Source: an uncultured Oscillospiraceae bacterium
GTDB taxonomy: Bacteria > Bacillota > Clostridia > Oscillospirales > Oscillospiraceae
DNA: 47,836 nt
NCBI GenBank assembly: GCA_900756715.1
Contig: CAAELC010000147.1
Span: 1-47,836 of the forward strand
Direction: 5' to 3'
Position numbers and translations under genes: made by a program. The notes beneath the pieces are model-generated. The model was not told the origin of the DNA. It saw nothing but the letters and a program-made list of their open reading frames with translations, and searched no databases. Positions 9,307 through 18,329 of this stretch are shown here, in pieces; the stretch's first letter is position 1, and every line of letters starts with the position of its first letter.

Positions 9307-10518
9307 ATGCGATCAACACCCATCTTCAAAATTTTATCCGCTGCCGTGCTGGCTGCCGTGGTGCTGCTGGGGGGCATTCAGATTTACCGCTATGCAAACG
9401 ACCCTCTTTCCACCACGCTGGCCTATCATGCCACCGTGTCAGACACCATTGAGGCAGACGGCTGGGTGATTCGGCAGGAGATTGCTTTGCCCACCTATGA
9501 CGGCGCCCTGCGGCAAAAGGCGCAGGAGGGAGAGAAGGTGGGCGCCGGGCAGACCGTGGCCATGGTGTACAGTGATAAGAACGCACTGACCGCCGTGACA
9601 CAGCTGGAGGAGCAGCAGCTGAAGCTGCAGCAGCTGCAATTCGCACAGAGCTCTTTTCTGGATGCAGATGCGGCCCTGAAGGTGGACAGCACGATTTCCG
9701 AGACGATTCTCTCCTTGCGTCTGGCCACTGCCGATGGGGACTATTCCGAAGCATCCGGCCAGATGTCGGCGCTGAAATCCGCGATTTTGAAGCGGAGCCA
9801 CGGATATTCCTCTCTGGAGGAGATTGAAGCCGCCATTGCCCAGACCCGGCAGGAGATTGCCGACCTGCAAAACTCCCTTTCCGGGGCGCAGGCCATCACT
9901 GCTCCCCAGTCTGGCACCTTCAGCGCCGCCTGTGACGGATATGAGTCGGTGCTGACGCCGGAGGGGCTGGAGAGCCTGACTCCTTCGGAACTGCGGGGCC
10001 TGTCTGCCACCGGCAGCAAGGGCGGCTGCAAGCTGATTGTGGGCAGCACATGGTATTACGCCGCTGTTATTTCTGAAGAGCAGGCCCAGGGCCTGTCTGC
10101 CGGGGACGAGGTGACGCTGCGGCTGGATAAAGGGCTGAATCAGGATGTAGCGGTGACGGTGTCCTGCATAAGTCAGGCCGAAGGGGGCAAGGTGACGGTC
10201 GTTTTGGCCTGTAACCGGTATTTATCGGAGGTGACGCTGCTGCGCCACCAGAAGGGGCAGATTCTGCTGAAAAGCTATACGGGCCTGCGGGTGCCTGCCA
10301 GTGCCCTGCGGCTGGACGAGAATGGGCAGGCCGGGGTGTACTGTCAGGTAGGCAGCTATGCCGTGTTCAAGCCGGTGGATGTGCTCTACCGGGGCGACGG
10401 ATTTTATCTGGTGCAGGCCACGGCGGAGGCATCCGGCGAGCGCATTCTGCGTCCGGGAGAGCAGGTGTTGTCGTCTGCGGCAGCGCTGCGTGACGGCATG
10501 GTCGTGGGCGTGGGCTGA
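9307..10518 (+). CDS. Membrane-anchored HlyD/membrane-fusion-like adaptor protein
   Basis: N-terminal TM, barrel-sandwich halves (EGEKVGAGQTVA / ITAPQSGTFS) flanking a coiled coil, C-terminal GLRVPASAL...GVY. Confidence 0.7.
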   Translation: MRSTPIFKILSAAVLAAVVLLGGIQIYRYANDPLSTTLAYHATVSDTIEADGWVIRQEIALPTYDGALRQKAQEGEKVGAGQTVAMVYSDKNALTAVTQLEEQQLKLQQLQFAQSSFLDADAALKVDSTISETILSLRLATADGDYSEASGQMSALKSAILKRSHGYSSLEEIEAAIAQTRQEIADLQNSLSGAQAITAPQSGTFSAACDGYESVLTPEGLESLTPSELRGLSATGSKGGCKLIVGSTWYYAAVISEEQAQGLSAGDEVTLRLDKGLNQDVAVTVSCISQAEGGKVTVVLACNRYLSEVTLLRHQKGQILLKSYTGLRVPASALRLDENGQAGVYCQVGSYAVFKPVDVLYRGDGFYLVQATAEASGERILRPGEQVLSSAAALRDGMVVGVG

Positions 10519-10599
10519 TCGGTTTCCTGCGGAAACGCTGACAGGCGGGGCATGCTCCGCTGAAATATAGAGATCTTTTTGAAGGGAAGGACGCTTCTT

Positions 10600-11295
10600 A
10601 TGTCAATTCAGGAAAACATTGCTGCCATCCGGGAAGAAATAGACCGGGCGGCCCGGGAAAGCGGCCGGACAGGCCGGGATATTACGCTGGTGGGCGCCAG
10701 TAAAATGAATGACGCCGCCACCTGCCGCGAGGCCATCGCCGCCGGCATTGATGTGCTGGGGGAAAACCGGGTGCAGGAGATGACGGAAAAGCTGGCGCAG
10801 CACGCCTATGACGGCGCACCGCTGCACTTTATCGGCCATTTGCAGCGCAACAAGGTCAAGCAGGTGGTGGGCAAGGCGGCTTTGATTCAGTCAGTGGGCA
10901 GCGAGGCGTTGCTGGCAGAGATTGAAAAAACGGCGGAAAAGCTGGAACTGGTGCAGAACATTCTGCTGGAGGTAAATATCGGCGGCGAGGAGTCCAAGAG
11001 CGGCTTTACGCCGGAAGAAATCTTTGCGGCGGCGGAAAAGGCCCGGGCGCTTCCCCATGTGCAGGTGCAGGGCCTGATGTCCATCCCCCCGGTGGAGACG
11101 GTTCCCCATGGAAACCTGCCGTATTTTGAACAAATGTACAGGCTTTATGTTGACATAAGCGAAAAAATATACGATAATGAATTAAAATACATCTCCATGG
11201 GCATGAGCGGCGATTTTGCCGATGCTATCCGGGCCGGAAGCAATATGATCCGGGTGGGCACTGCCATTTTCGGAGCGAGAAACTACACCAGATAA
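10600..11295 (+). CDS. yggS: YggS/YlmE pyridoxal phosphate homeostasis protein
   Basis: LVGASK, GENRVQE, HFIGHLQRNKVK, SMGMSGDF, IRVGTAIFG. Confidence 0.95.
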   Translation: MSIQENIAAIREEIDRAARESGRTGRDITLVGASKMNDAATCREAIAAGIDVLGENRVQEMTEKLAQHAYDGAPLHFIGHLQRNKVKQVVGKAALIQSVGSEALLAEIEKTAEKLELVQNILLEVNIGGEESKSGFTPEEIFAAAEKARALPHVQVQGLMSIPPVETVPHGNLPYFEQMYRLYVDISEKIYDNELKYISMGMSGDFADAIRAGSNMIRVGTAIFGARNYTR

Positions 11296-11312
11296 GCGGG
11301 AGGAAACATACC

Positions 11313-11774
11313 ATGGGCTTTATGGACGAATTCAAGAAGATTATCCACCCCTATGATGACGAGGATTATGATTACGAGGAGGAAACCGAATTCCCCTCCG
11401 AGCGTCCTGCGCGGGAGGCATTTGACGACCGGAAGGAAGAACCCCGCCGGTCCAGCAGTGAGGAACGGCGCAACAAGGTGGTGAATATCCACGCCACCAC
11501 CCAGCTGAAGGTGGTGCTGGTAAAGCCGGAGCGGTTTGAAAATGCGTCGGAGATTGCGGACCATCTGCGGGAAAAGCGGACGGTGGTGCTGAATCTGGAA
11601 TCCACCAACAAAGACATTGCCCGGCGGCTGGTGGACTTTCTGTCCGGCGTAGCCTACGCAGGCGATGGCAAGATCAAAAAGGTCTCTGCCAACACCTATA
11701 TCATTACGCCTTATTCCGTGGATCTGATGGGCGATCTTATCGACGAGCTGGAAAACAACGGCCTGTACCTGTAA
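11313..11774 (+). CDS. sepF: Cell division protein SepF
   Basis: MGFMDEFK amphipathic N-terminus, VVLNLE, ARRLVDFLSG, YIITP. Confidence 0.95.
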   Translation: MGFMDEFKKIIHPYDDEDYDYEEETEFPSERPAREAFDDRKEEPRRSSSEERRNKVVNIHATTQLKVVLVKPERFENASEIADHLREKRTVVLNLESTNKDIARRLVDFLSGVAYAGDGKIKKVSANTYIITPYSVDLMGDLIDELENNGLYL

Positions 11775-11799
11775 GGGCAAATGATCGGAGGGATTTTGA

Positions 11800-12594
11800 A
11801 TGTTTACACCGCAGGAGGTTTCCGATAAGACATTTCCCAAAGCGTCTTTCGGTGGCTATAATATGGCCAGTGTAGATGAATTTCTGGACACGCTGACCGA
11901 GGACTATACCTCACTTTATAAGGAGAATGCCGCCCTGAAGGCCAAGCTGAAGGTGCTGGCCGAAAAGGTGGAGGAATACCGGGCAACGGAGGATGCCATG
12001 CGTTCAACGCTGCTGGCAGCCCAGAAAATGGCAGATTCCATGGTGGCTGACGCCACCACCCGCACCGAGCAGATGGTGCAGCAGGCCCAGCAGGAGAGCC
12101 GGAAAATTCTGGAGGACGCAAAAAATGCTGCGGCCGTTACCAATCAGGATCTGGCGGAAAAAACAGCGCAGGCCCGGCAGAAGCTGGAGCTGGCTCAGGC
12201 GGAGCTGCAGCGCTTTGTCGAGGAAAGCGCCGCCCTGTGCCGCAGACAGACCGAGTTTTTGCAGCAGCTGCCTCAGATGGAGCTGACCGGCCCGGCGCAG
12301 GAGGAAGTCCCGGCGCAGGAGCCCCAGCCGGAGGAGACGCAGGAGGCACCTGCCGCCCCGGCCGAGGAGGAGCAGACCGCCGCACCCGCCCCGGAGCAGG
12401 CTGCGCAGCCAGAAGAACCCGCTGCACAGGAAAGCAGCGCAGAGGCGGACAAAACGGAGGAAGAACCGGAGGAGGACAAGCAGCCCACCACGGTTTTTGA
12501 GCCGGTGCAGCCGGACACGGACTTTACCCGGGAATTCCGCTTTGATCTGGAAGATTTGAAATTCGGCCACAATTACCAATCCGGCAAGCAATAA
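11800..12594 (+). CDS. divIVA: DivIVA-domain protein with acidic Pro/Ala/Glu-rich tail
   Basis: FTPQEV..KTF....GGY...VDEFLD N-terminal domain, long coiled coil; sepF context. Confidence 0.88.
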   Translation: MFTPQEVSDKTFPKASFGGYNMASVDEFLDTLTEDYTSLYKENAALKAKLKVLAEKVEEYRATEDAMRSTLLAAQKMADSMVADATTRTEQMVQQAQQESRKILEDAKNAAAVTNQDLAEKTAQARQKLELAQAELQRFVEESAALCRRQTEFLQQLPQMELTGPAQEEVPAQEPQPEETQEAPAAPAEEEQTAAPAPEQAAQPEEPAAQESSAEADKTEEEPEEDKQPTTVFEPVQPDTDFTREFRFDLEDLKFGHNYQSGKQ

Positions 12595-12617
12595 AGCATT
12601 TTCGCAGAACGACCACA

Positions 12618-12654
12618 ACGGGGGCGGACGGCGTGCCGTCCGCCCCCGTGTTTT
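12618..12654 (+). terminator. Stem-loop after divIVA (likely terminator, short U tract)
   Basis: ACGGGGGCGGACGGC / GCCGTCCGCCCCCGT followed by GTTTT. Confidence 0.6.
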
Positions 12655-12672
12655 ATCTGAAAGGAGCCGCCT

Positions 12673-13554
12673 ATGGACACCAAGCCCATCATCGCGCTGC
12701 TGTATGATTTTGACAAGACCCTGTGTACCACCGATATGGAGGACTATGCCTTCATTCCTGCACTGGGCTATACTCCGGCCCAGTTCTGGCGCAAGGCCAA
12801 TGATTTTGGCCGGGACAACGGGATGGATGGGCTGCTGGCCTATATGTACACCATGATTGACGAATGCCGCCGCCAGAATATCCGGCTGGATCGGGACTTT
12901 CTGGTGCGGTGCGGCCACAGCATCCGGCTGTTTCCCGGTGTGCGGGAATGGTTCGGGCGGATCAATGCCTTCGGGCAGACGCTGGGGGTGGAGGTGGAGC
13001 ACTATGTGATTTCCTCCGGCCTGCGGGAAATCATCGAAGGCAGCGGCATCGGTCATGAATTCCGGCAGATTTATGCCTGCGAATTCTTTTATAATGCAGA
13101 GGGGCTGGCCTCCTGGCCCAAGCTGGATGTCAACTTTACCAATAAGACCCAGTTTGTCTATCGCATCAACAAAGGCGTGCTGGATGTTTCCGATGACCGG
13201 ACACTGAACGCCTCCATGCCGGATGACAGCAAGCGCGTGCCCTTTACCAACATGATCTACATCGGTGACGGCCTCTCGGATGTGCCGTGCATGAAGATGA
13301 TGCGGGCTTACGGCGGCGAAGCCATCGCTGTGTATCAGGAAGAAAACCGTCAGGGCGTGGAGGATCTGCTGAGCAAGGGCCGGGTGGACTTCATTTTCCC
13401 GGCCGATTACCGGGCGGGAACGGCGTTGGACGAAACGGTGCGCAACATCATCCGTAAAATGGCCATTGCCGATGCCCTTGCGGAGGAAAACGCCCGTCAG
13501 CACCGGCAGATTGGTCAGAGCGGTCTTCCCTATCAGGCAAGCCTTTTTGAATAG
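12673..13554 (+). CDS. HAD-superfamily hydrolase
   Basis: Motif I YDFDKT, motif II ISSG, motif IV YIGDGLSD. Confidence 0.85.
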   Translation: MDTKPIIALLYDFDKTLCTTDMEDYAFIPALGYTPAQFWRKANDFGRDNGMDGLLAYMYTMIDECRRQNIRLDRDFLVRCGHSIRLFPGVREWFGRINAFGQTLGVEVEHYVISSGLREIIEGSGIGHEFRQIYACEFFYNAEGLASWPKLDVNFTNKTQFVYRINKGVLDVSDDRTLNASMPDDSKRVPFTNMIYIGDGLSDVPCMKMMRAYGGEAIAVYQEENRQGVEDLLSKGRVDFIFPADYRAGTALDETVRNIIRKMAIADALAEENARQHRQIGQSGLPYQASLFE

Positions 13555-13574
13555 GCCGAAAAAGCTGCTTTACA

Positions 13575-13610
13575 AAAAACCTCCGGGACCTGAAAGTCCC
13601 GGAGGTTTTT
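13575..13610. terminator. Bidirectional intrinsic terminator
   Basis: AAAAACCTCCGGGAC-ctgaaa-GTCCCGGAGGTTTTT between convergent genes. Confidence 0.9.
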
Positions 13611-13619
13611 GCTGCTTCA

Positions 13620-15299
13620 TCAGGGCAGATAATTCAGGGGGTCCACATAGGTACCGTATACCTCCACAGCGAAATGGCAGTGGCTGCCGCTGCTGTTGCC
13701 GGTGGAGCCCATATAGGCGATGAGCTGCCCCTTGTACACATGGTCGCCGGCGGAAACCGCAAGAGAGCTGTTGTGCCCATAGGTGGTAACCATGCCGTTT
13801 CCGTGGTCAATATACACGGCGTAGCCCAGCCCGCCGGACCAGCCTGCCTTAATCACCGTGCCGCCGTCGGCAGCATAGATGCCGGTGCCGTAGGAGTTGG
13901 CAATGTCCAGCGCGTTGTGGTTGGAATAGGCGCTGGGGAAATCCGATACATCCCGGTATCCGAAATAGGAGGTGATGATGCCGTTGCAGGGCCAGCGCAG
14001 ACTGCCGGTGGCGATCCAGCTGGGGCGCTCCTTGGTGCCGCGGGCCTGCAGCTCAGGCACAGGCTCCTGCAGCACAACCGATTCCACCACCTCGCGGTCG
14101 GTTTCTTCACCGTTGATATAGGTCACATTGGCAGAAATCTCTGCCTTTCCGTAGACGCCGGAGGACAGCACCTCATAATCGCCCTCATACATGGAGCTGT
14201 CGTCCTGATATTCCACCGAATAAGGCACATCCTGCACATAGTTCTGCCGCTCCACATCCACCACCGTCAGATAAGGAACCGCGTTGCTGATGGTCAGCAC
14301 ATCTCCGGCGTGAATCAGGGTCACATCATAGCCCGGGTTCAGGTTCAGCAATTCATCTGTGTCCATCTGGTTGGCTGCGGCAATATCATACCATGTGTCG
14401 CCGGCCTGAACCGTGTAGGTGACGGCCCCTTCCTTTGTGGAGTTAAGCTTTTCGGCAATATAGCCCAGATTCATCATCAGGTCAGCTCTGTTATATTCCT
14501 GCCGGATTTCCGTCTGTTCCACGAAGTAGCACTCCACGGTGCTGGGGGTGATATAGCCCACCTTCAGCTGATCCAGCAGCTCCTCCAGTGCGCCTTCAAA
14601 TTCGGTGGCGGCCACAGGCTCGCCGTCTACATACAGTACATAGCCATAAGCCACCTGCCCCAGCTGAGCAGACAGCTTCTTTTCCAGTTCCTTCTCCGTT
14701 TCCACATTGGCCCGGCGCACCACGCGGGTGGTGGTTTGCAGCAGATCGGAGTCGATCTGATAGCCGTCATCTGCAAGGGTGGTGCGCGTAACCTGCTCCA
14801 GCGTCTGGGCAGCTGTGCGCACTGTCCGGCGGGAGGCTACGGTGCCCATGGAAATGCCATCATAGGTAACAATGGTGCCGATGGTATAAAGCGACAGTAC
14901 CACGGCTACGGCGGCGATGGTAACCGCGCCGCCCAAAAACAGAGCGGGATGCAGCTTTACCCGCTCAAACAACGCCCGGCGGCGGTTTCCCGTGTGGATG
15001 CTGCGGCGGCGAAGACGGTAAAGCCGCTCGCGGATGCTGTCTGTCAGCCGGGGAAGGCTGCCCCAGATAAATAGCACCAGCTGGGCCAGCCTGTGATTCG
15101 ATTCCGGAAATCGGCTGGCCTGCTTCTCCCTTTTCATATAAATCAAAGCCTGCTGGCCCCGGTTAACCTGACCGCCGATAAAGTCCAGCAGCCGCCGAAC
15201 CGCGCCCTGAAGGTCCGTATAATGCTGCAAAAGATCAGGGTGCTCCTGCAAATACCAGCGCAGACGGCTCAGGCCGCTGCGGTTCTTTTGTCCATTCAT
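13620..15299 (-). CDS. Membrane-anchored LysM + G5 + M23 peptidoglycan DD-endopeptidase
   Basis: LysM YTVQAGDTWYDIA, G5-like segment, M23 HNALD, YGHNS, HCHF; ATG after GAGGTG. Confidence 0.9.
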   Translation of the reverse strand: MNGQKNRSGLSRLRWYLQEHPDLLQHYTDLQGAVRRLLDFIGGQVNRGQQALIYMKREKQASRFPESNHRLAQLVLFIWGSLPRLTDSIRERLYRLRRRSIHTGNRRRALFERVKLHPALFLGGAVTIAAVAVVLSLYTIGTIVTYDGISMGTVASRRTVRTAAQTLEQVTRTTLADDGYQIDSDLLQTTTRVVRRANVETEKELEKKLSAQLGQVAYGYVLYVDGEPVAATEFEGALEELLDQLKVGYITPSTVECYFVEQTEIRQEYNRADLMMNLGYIAEKLNSTKEGAVTYTVQAGDTWYDIAAANQMDTDELLNLNPGYDVTLIHAGDVLTISNAVPYLTVVDVERQNYVQDVPYSVEYQDDSSMYEGDYEVLSSGVYGKAEISANVTYINGEETDREVVESVVLQEPVPELQARGTKERPSWIATGSLRWPCNGIITSYFGYRDVSDFPSAYSNHNALDIANSYGTGIYAADGGTVIKAGWSGGLGYAVYIDHGNGMVTTYGHNSSLAVSAGDHVYKGQLIAYMGSTGNSSGSHCHFAVEVYGTYVDPLNYLP

Positions 15300-15317
15300 A
15301 TCGTCACACCTCAAAAG

Positions 15318-15369
15318 GTTACAAATCAGTTACAAATGGTATGATACTCTATTTTCCTCCGTTCGTCAA
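15318..15369 (-). promoter_or_regulatory. Sigma-A promoter plus WalR-like direct repeat for the M23 gene
   Basis: TTGACG-17-TATCAT (15369-15341), then TGTAAC-N5-TGTAAC (15334-15318). Confidence 0.6.
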
Positions 15370-15433
15370 GCGTTGTGGGAGAATTTCCGTTTAAATTTTC
15401 TGTAAATTGGGCAAAATAACGCTTTTTTCGGAC

Positions 15434-15466
15434 AAAACAGCACCCGGCCTGTGGGCCGGGTGCTGT
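15434..15466 (-). terminator. Intrinsic terminator after the PAS-HTH regulator
   Basis: ACAGCACCCGGCC-loop-GGCCGGGTGCTGT then TTT on minus strand. Confidence 0.7.
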
Positions 15467-15530
15467 CATTTCCGGGGGAAAGCTGCGCCGTGTTCTCCCC
15501 TTCCGTCCTGCCGACAGGGAAAGGCCGCCG

Positions 15531-16151
15531 TTACTCCTCGTTTTTCAGTTCCTGCAAATACTTGTATAAGGTGGGTTGGGCAATATGCAGCATGGAGCAC
15601 ACCGTCGCGGCGGCGCCCCGGGCGGCAAAAATACCTTTCTCACTGAGCCGGGCAATCAGCCGCAGCTTGTCCTCCCGGGAATCCATGTCAAAGGGCTTGC
15701 AGTTCTCCATCTCCTGCAAAATCATTTTCAGAATCAGATCCTCCAGCGTATCGGTGCTGGGATCCGGCTCCTGACGCAGAGGCTCCTGCCCCACCATGCT
15801 CTCCAGCAGGTCGCGCATTTGCAGCAGACCGCTGATGTCCTGGTTTACACACACGGTATATACCACGTCTCCCATTTCATCCCGCACAAACAGATTGGAG
15901 GATTTCAGCGGAACGCCGGTGCGGCTGGCGCTTCTGTAACCGACGATATGGGCCTTGCCGTCATTTTTTGCCTGTCGGGCCAGCAGCTCCATGGCGGTGC
16001 TTGGCTCCCGCAGACCGGCCTTGCGCCCGGTGATGTGGCCGCCGGAGATCCAGAGGATGCATCCCTCCCGATTGTGCAGCACCACTTCGGCATGCTCGCC
16101 CAGCAGGCGGGCCAGAAATTCACAAAATTGTATCAGCTGTTTTTCCTGCAT
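15531..16151 (-). CDS. YheO/DauR-family PAS + HTH transcriptional regulator
   Basis: LGEHAEVVLH, HITGRKAG, LKSSNLF..CVN, C-terminal L..KGIF...GA...V...L.IAQPTLYKYL. Confidence 0.88.
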   Translation of the reverse strand: MQEKQLIQFCEFLARLLGEHAEVVLHNREGCILWISGGHITGRKAGLREPSTAMELLARQAKNDGKAHIVGYRSASRTGVPLKSSNLFVRDEMGDVVYTVCVNQDISGLLQMRDLLESMVGQEPLRQEPDPSTDTLEDLILKMILQEMENCKPFDMDSREDKLRLIARLSEKGIFAARGAAATVCSMLHIAQPTLYKYLQELKNEE

Positions 16152-16202
16152 AGTTTAAGACTCATTTCCTTTTTTCAGCAAAAATGATTTACGAATAAGA
16201 AC

Positions 16203-16284
16203 AGTATAAATGTTCTTGACAAAGAATGCAAGGGATGTTACACTGAGAATATAAAAAAATTATATTTATATAATTGTTTTATAT
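16203..16284. promoter_or_regulatory. Overlapping divergent promoters and AT-rich palindromic operator
   Basis: Plus TTGACA-17-TACACT (16216-16244); minus TTGCAT-17-TATACT (16231-16203); inverted repeat 16249-16284. Confidence 0.65.
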
Positions 16285-16309
16285 ATCGCAATCTCAAAAG
16301 GAGGCGCCT

Positions 16310-17023
16310 ATGGATTGGAGCACGCTGCTGCAGGGCCGGAAAAACGCTGTGTTTCTGGGCGAGGCAGGCTGCGGTAAAAGTGAATTGGCCATGAATCTGT
16401 CGCTGAGTCTGGCGGGGGCAGGCAAGACGGTCCACCTGTTTGACATGGATCAGACCAAGCCCCTGTTCCGCAGCCGGGACGCTGCATCACTGCTGCGGGC
16501 AGGCGGCGTGCAGTTTCATTACGAGGAGCAGTTTGCCGATGCGCCCACGCTGGTGGGTGGTGTAACACCGGCGCTGCTGGATGGGGAAAGCTATACCGTG
16601 CTGGATGTGGGCGGCGACTACATCGGCGCAAGAGCCGTCGGCGGCTTTGCCCATCTGCTGAAGCGACCGGATACGGCGGTGTTTTATGTCATCAATTGCT
16701 ATCGGGCCTGGAGCGGCGATCTGCTGTCCATCGACGGCACTCTGTCCGCTGTGCTGAAGGCGGCCCGGCTGCAGCAGGTGCAGTTTCTGGCAAACCCGAA
16801 TCTGGGGGTGCAGACCACTGGCAGGGAACTGTTAGAGGGTCTTGCACGGACGAAGGAGCTGCTGGCGCCTTATGCGGCGGTGCAGGCGGGCTTTGCCCCG
16901 GAGCAGCTGGCTGCGGAGGCAGAGGCGGAAAGTCCCCTGCCCCTGATACCCATTCGTCTTTATCTTGGTTATCCGTGGCAGGAGGCCACTTGTAACGCTG
17001 AAACAAATGAAGGAGGAGTGTAA
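16310..17023 (+). CDS. Uncharacterised P-loop NTPase leading the oxidoreductase operon
   Basis: Walker A GEAGCGKS, DMDQTKPLFRSRD, LDVGGD; ATG after AAGGAGG. Confidence 0.75.
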   Translation: MDWSTLLQGRKNAVFLGEAGCGKSELAMNLSLSLAGAGKTVHLFDMDQTKPLFRSRDAASLLRAGGVQFHYEEQFADAPTLVGGVTPALLDGESYTVLDVGGDYIGARAVGGFAHLLKRPDTAVFYVINCYRAWSGDLLSIDGTLSAVLKAARLQQVQFLANPNLGVQTTGRELLEGLARTKELLAPYAAVQAGFAPEQLAAEAEAESPLPLIPIRLYLGYPWQEATCNAETNEGGV

Positions 17024-17027
17024 AACT

Positions 17028-17231
17028 ATGGCAAAGGTTGAAATCGTGGCGGAGCGGTGTAAGAGCTGCGGCTACTGCATCAAGTTCTGTCCCAAGCATG
17101 TGCTGGCGGTTGGCAAGAATGTCAACTCCAAAGGGTATGAGTATGTGGAGCCGGTTCATCCGGAGGATTGCATCGGCTGCGCCATCTGCGCGAGAATGTG
17201 TCCCGATGGGGCCATTGATGTGTATAAGTAA
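17028..17231 (+). CDS. 2x[4Fe-4S] ferredoxin-like delta subunit of 2-oxoacid:ferredoxin oxidoreductase
   Basis: CKSCGYCIKFCP and CIGCAICARMCP. Confidence 0.92.
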   Translation: MAKVEIVAERCKSCGYCIKFCPKHVLAVGKNVNSKGYEYVEPVHPEDCIGCAICARMCPDGAIDVYK

Positions 17232-17243
17232 GGAGGAAGAGAC

Positions 17244-18326
17244 ATGGCAAGAATTTTCATGAAGGGCTGCGAGGCCATCGCCGAGGCAGCCGTGCGCGCC
17301 GGCTGCCGCTTCTTTGCCGGCTATCCCATCACCCCGCAGAATGAGATTCCCGAGTATTTTGCCCGCCGGATGCCGCAGGTAGGCGGCACCTTTGTCCAGG
17401 GCGAGAGCGAAGTGGCGTCCGTGAACATGGTCTATGGCGCTGCCTCTGCAGGCGTGCGCTCCATGACCTCCTCGTCTTCCTGCGGCATTTCGCTGAAAAG
17501 CGAGGGCATCAGCTACTGCGCCAGCGCCCGCATCCCCATGGTGTACTGCAATGTGCAGCGGGGCGGCCCCGGCGTGGGCGCCATCCAGCCTGCCCAGCAG
17601 GACTATAATCAGGCCACCAAGGCCAGCGGCAACGGCGGCTTCCGCATGATGGTGCTGGCCCCCTCCACAGTGCAGGAGGCGGTGGACCTGACCTACAAGG
17701 CTTTCGACTATGCCGACCGTGACCGCAACCCGGTGCTGGTGCTGGCTGACGGCGTGATCGGCACCATGATGGAGCCGGTGGAGCTGCCGGAGATGAAGTC
17801 CGACGCGGAGATTGCCGCCATCAAGGACAGCAAGAAGAAGTGGGCCTGCATCGGCCACGAGCTGGACTACGCCAACCGTGCATGGATCCAGCCCGGCTGC
17901 TGGTCTACCGCCGTGCTGCAGCAGACCAACGAGGACGCCGACGCCATGTACCGCCGCTGGGCGGAGGAGGATGTGCAGGTGGAGGAATACCGCATGGAGG
18001 ATGCGGAGGTTGTCCTGACTGCCTACGGCATCTGCGGCCGCATTGCTGCCAGCGCCGTGGATATGCTGCGCGCGCAGGGCGTCAAGGCCGGTATGATCCG
18101 TCCCATCACCGTGTACCCCTTCCCCTACGCCGCCTACGATAAGATCGACTACGCCAAGTGCAAGGGTATCGTCAGCGTGGAGATGAGCATCCCCGCCCAG
18201 TTCGCCGTGGATGTGGAGGCCGCTGTAAAGGAGCGCTGCCCGGTTACCACCTGCCTGTGCTCCGGCGGCAATATCATGAGCCGCGAGGCCGTCATCGAAA
18301 CCGTGAAGAAAGTGATGGAGGGCTGA
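17244..18326 (+). CDS. vorB: 2-oxoacid:ferredoxin oxidoreductase alpha subunit (VorB type)
   Basis: GCEAIAEAA, FAGYPITPQNEI, QGESE, QRGGPG, GMIRPIT. Confidence 0.85.
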   Translation: MARIFMKGCEAIAEAAVRAGCRFFAGYPITPQNEIPEYFARRMPQVGGTFVQGESEVASVNMVYGAASAGVRSMTSSSSCGISLKSEGISYCASARIPMVYCNVQRGGPGVGAIQPAQQDYNQATKASGNGGFRMMVLAPSTVQEAVDLTYKAFDYADRDRNPVLVLADGVIGTMMEPVELPEMKSDAEIAAIKDSKKKWACIGHELDYANRAWIQPGCWSTAVLQQTNEDADAMYRRWAEEDVQVEEYRMEDAEVVLTAYGICGRIAASAVDMLRAQGVKAGMIRPITVYPFPYAAYDKIDYAKCKGIVSVEMSIPAQFAVDVEAAVKERCPVTTCLCSGGNIMSREAVIETVKKVMEG

Positions 18327-18329
18327 ACC

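Noticed and set aside
12004..15074. 499-aa (minus) and 466-aa (plus) ORFs
   Set aside because: Shadows of the divIVA/HAD and M23 genes
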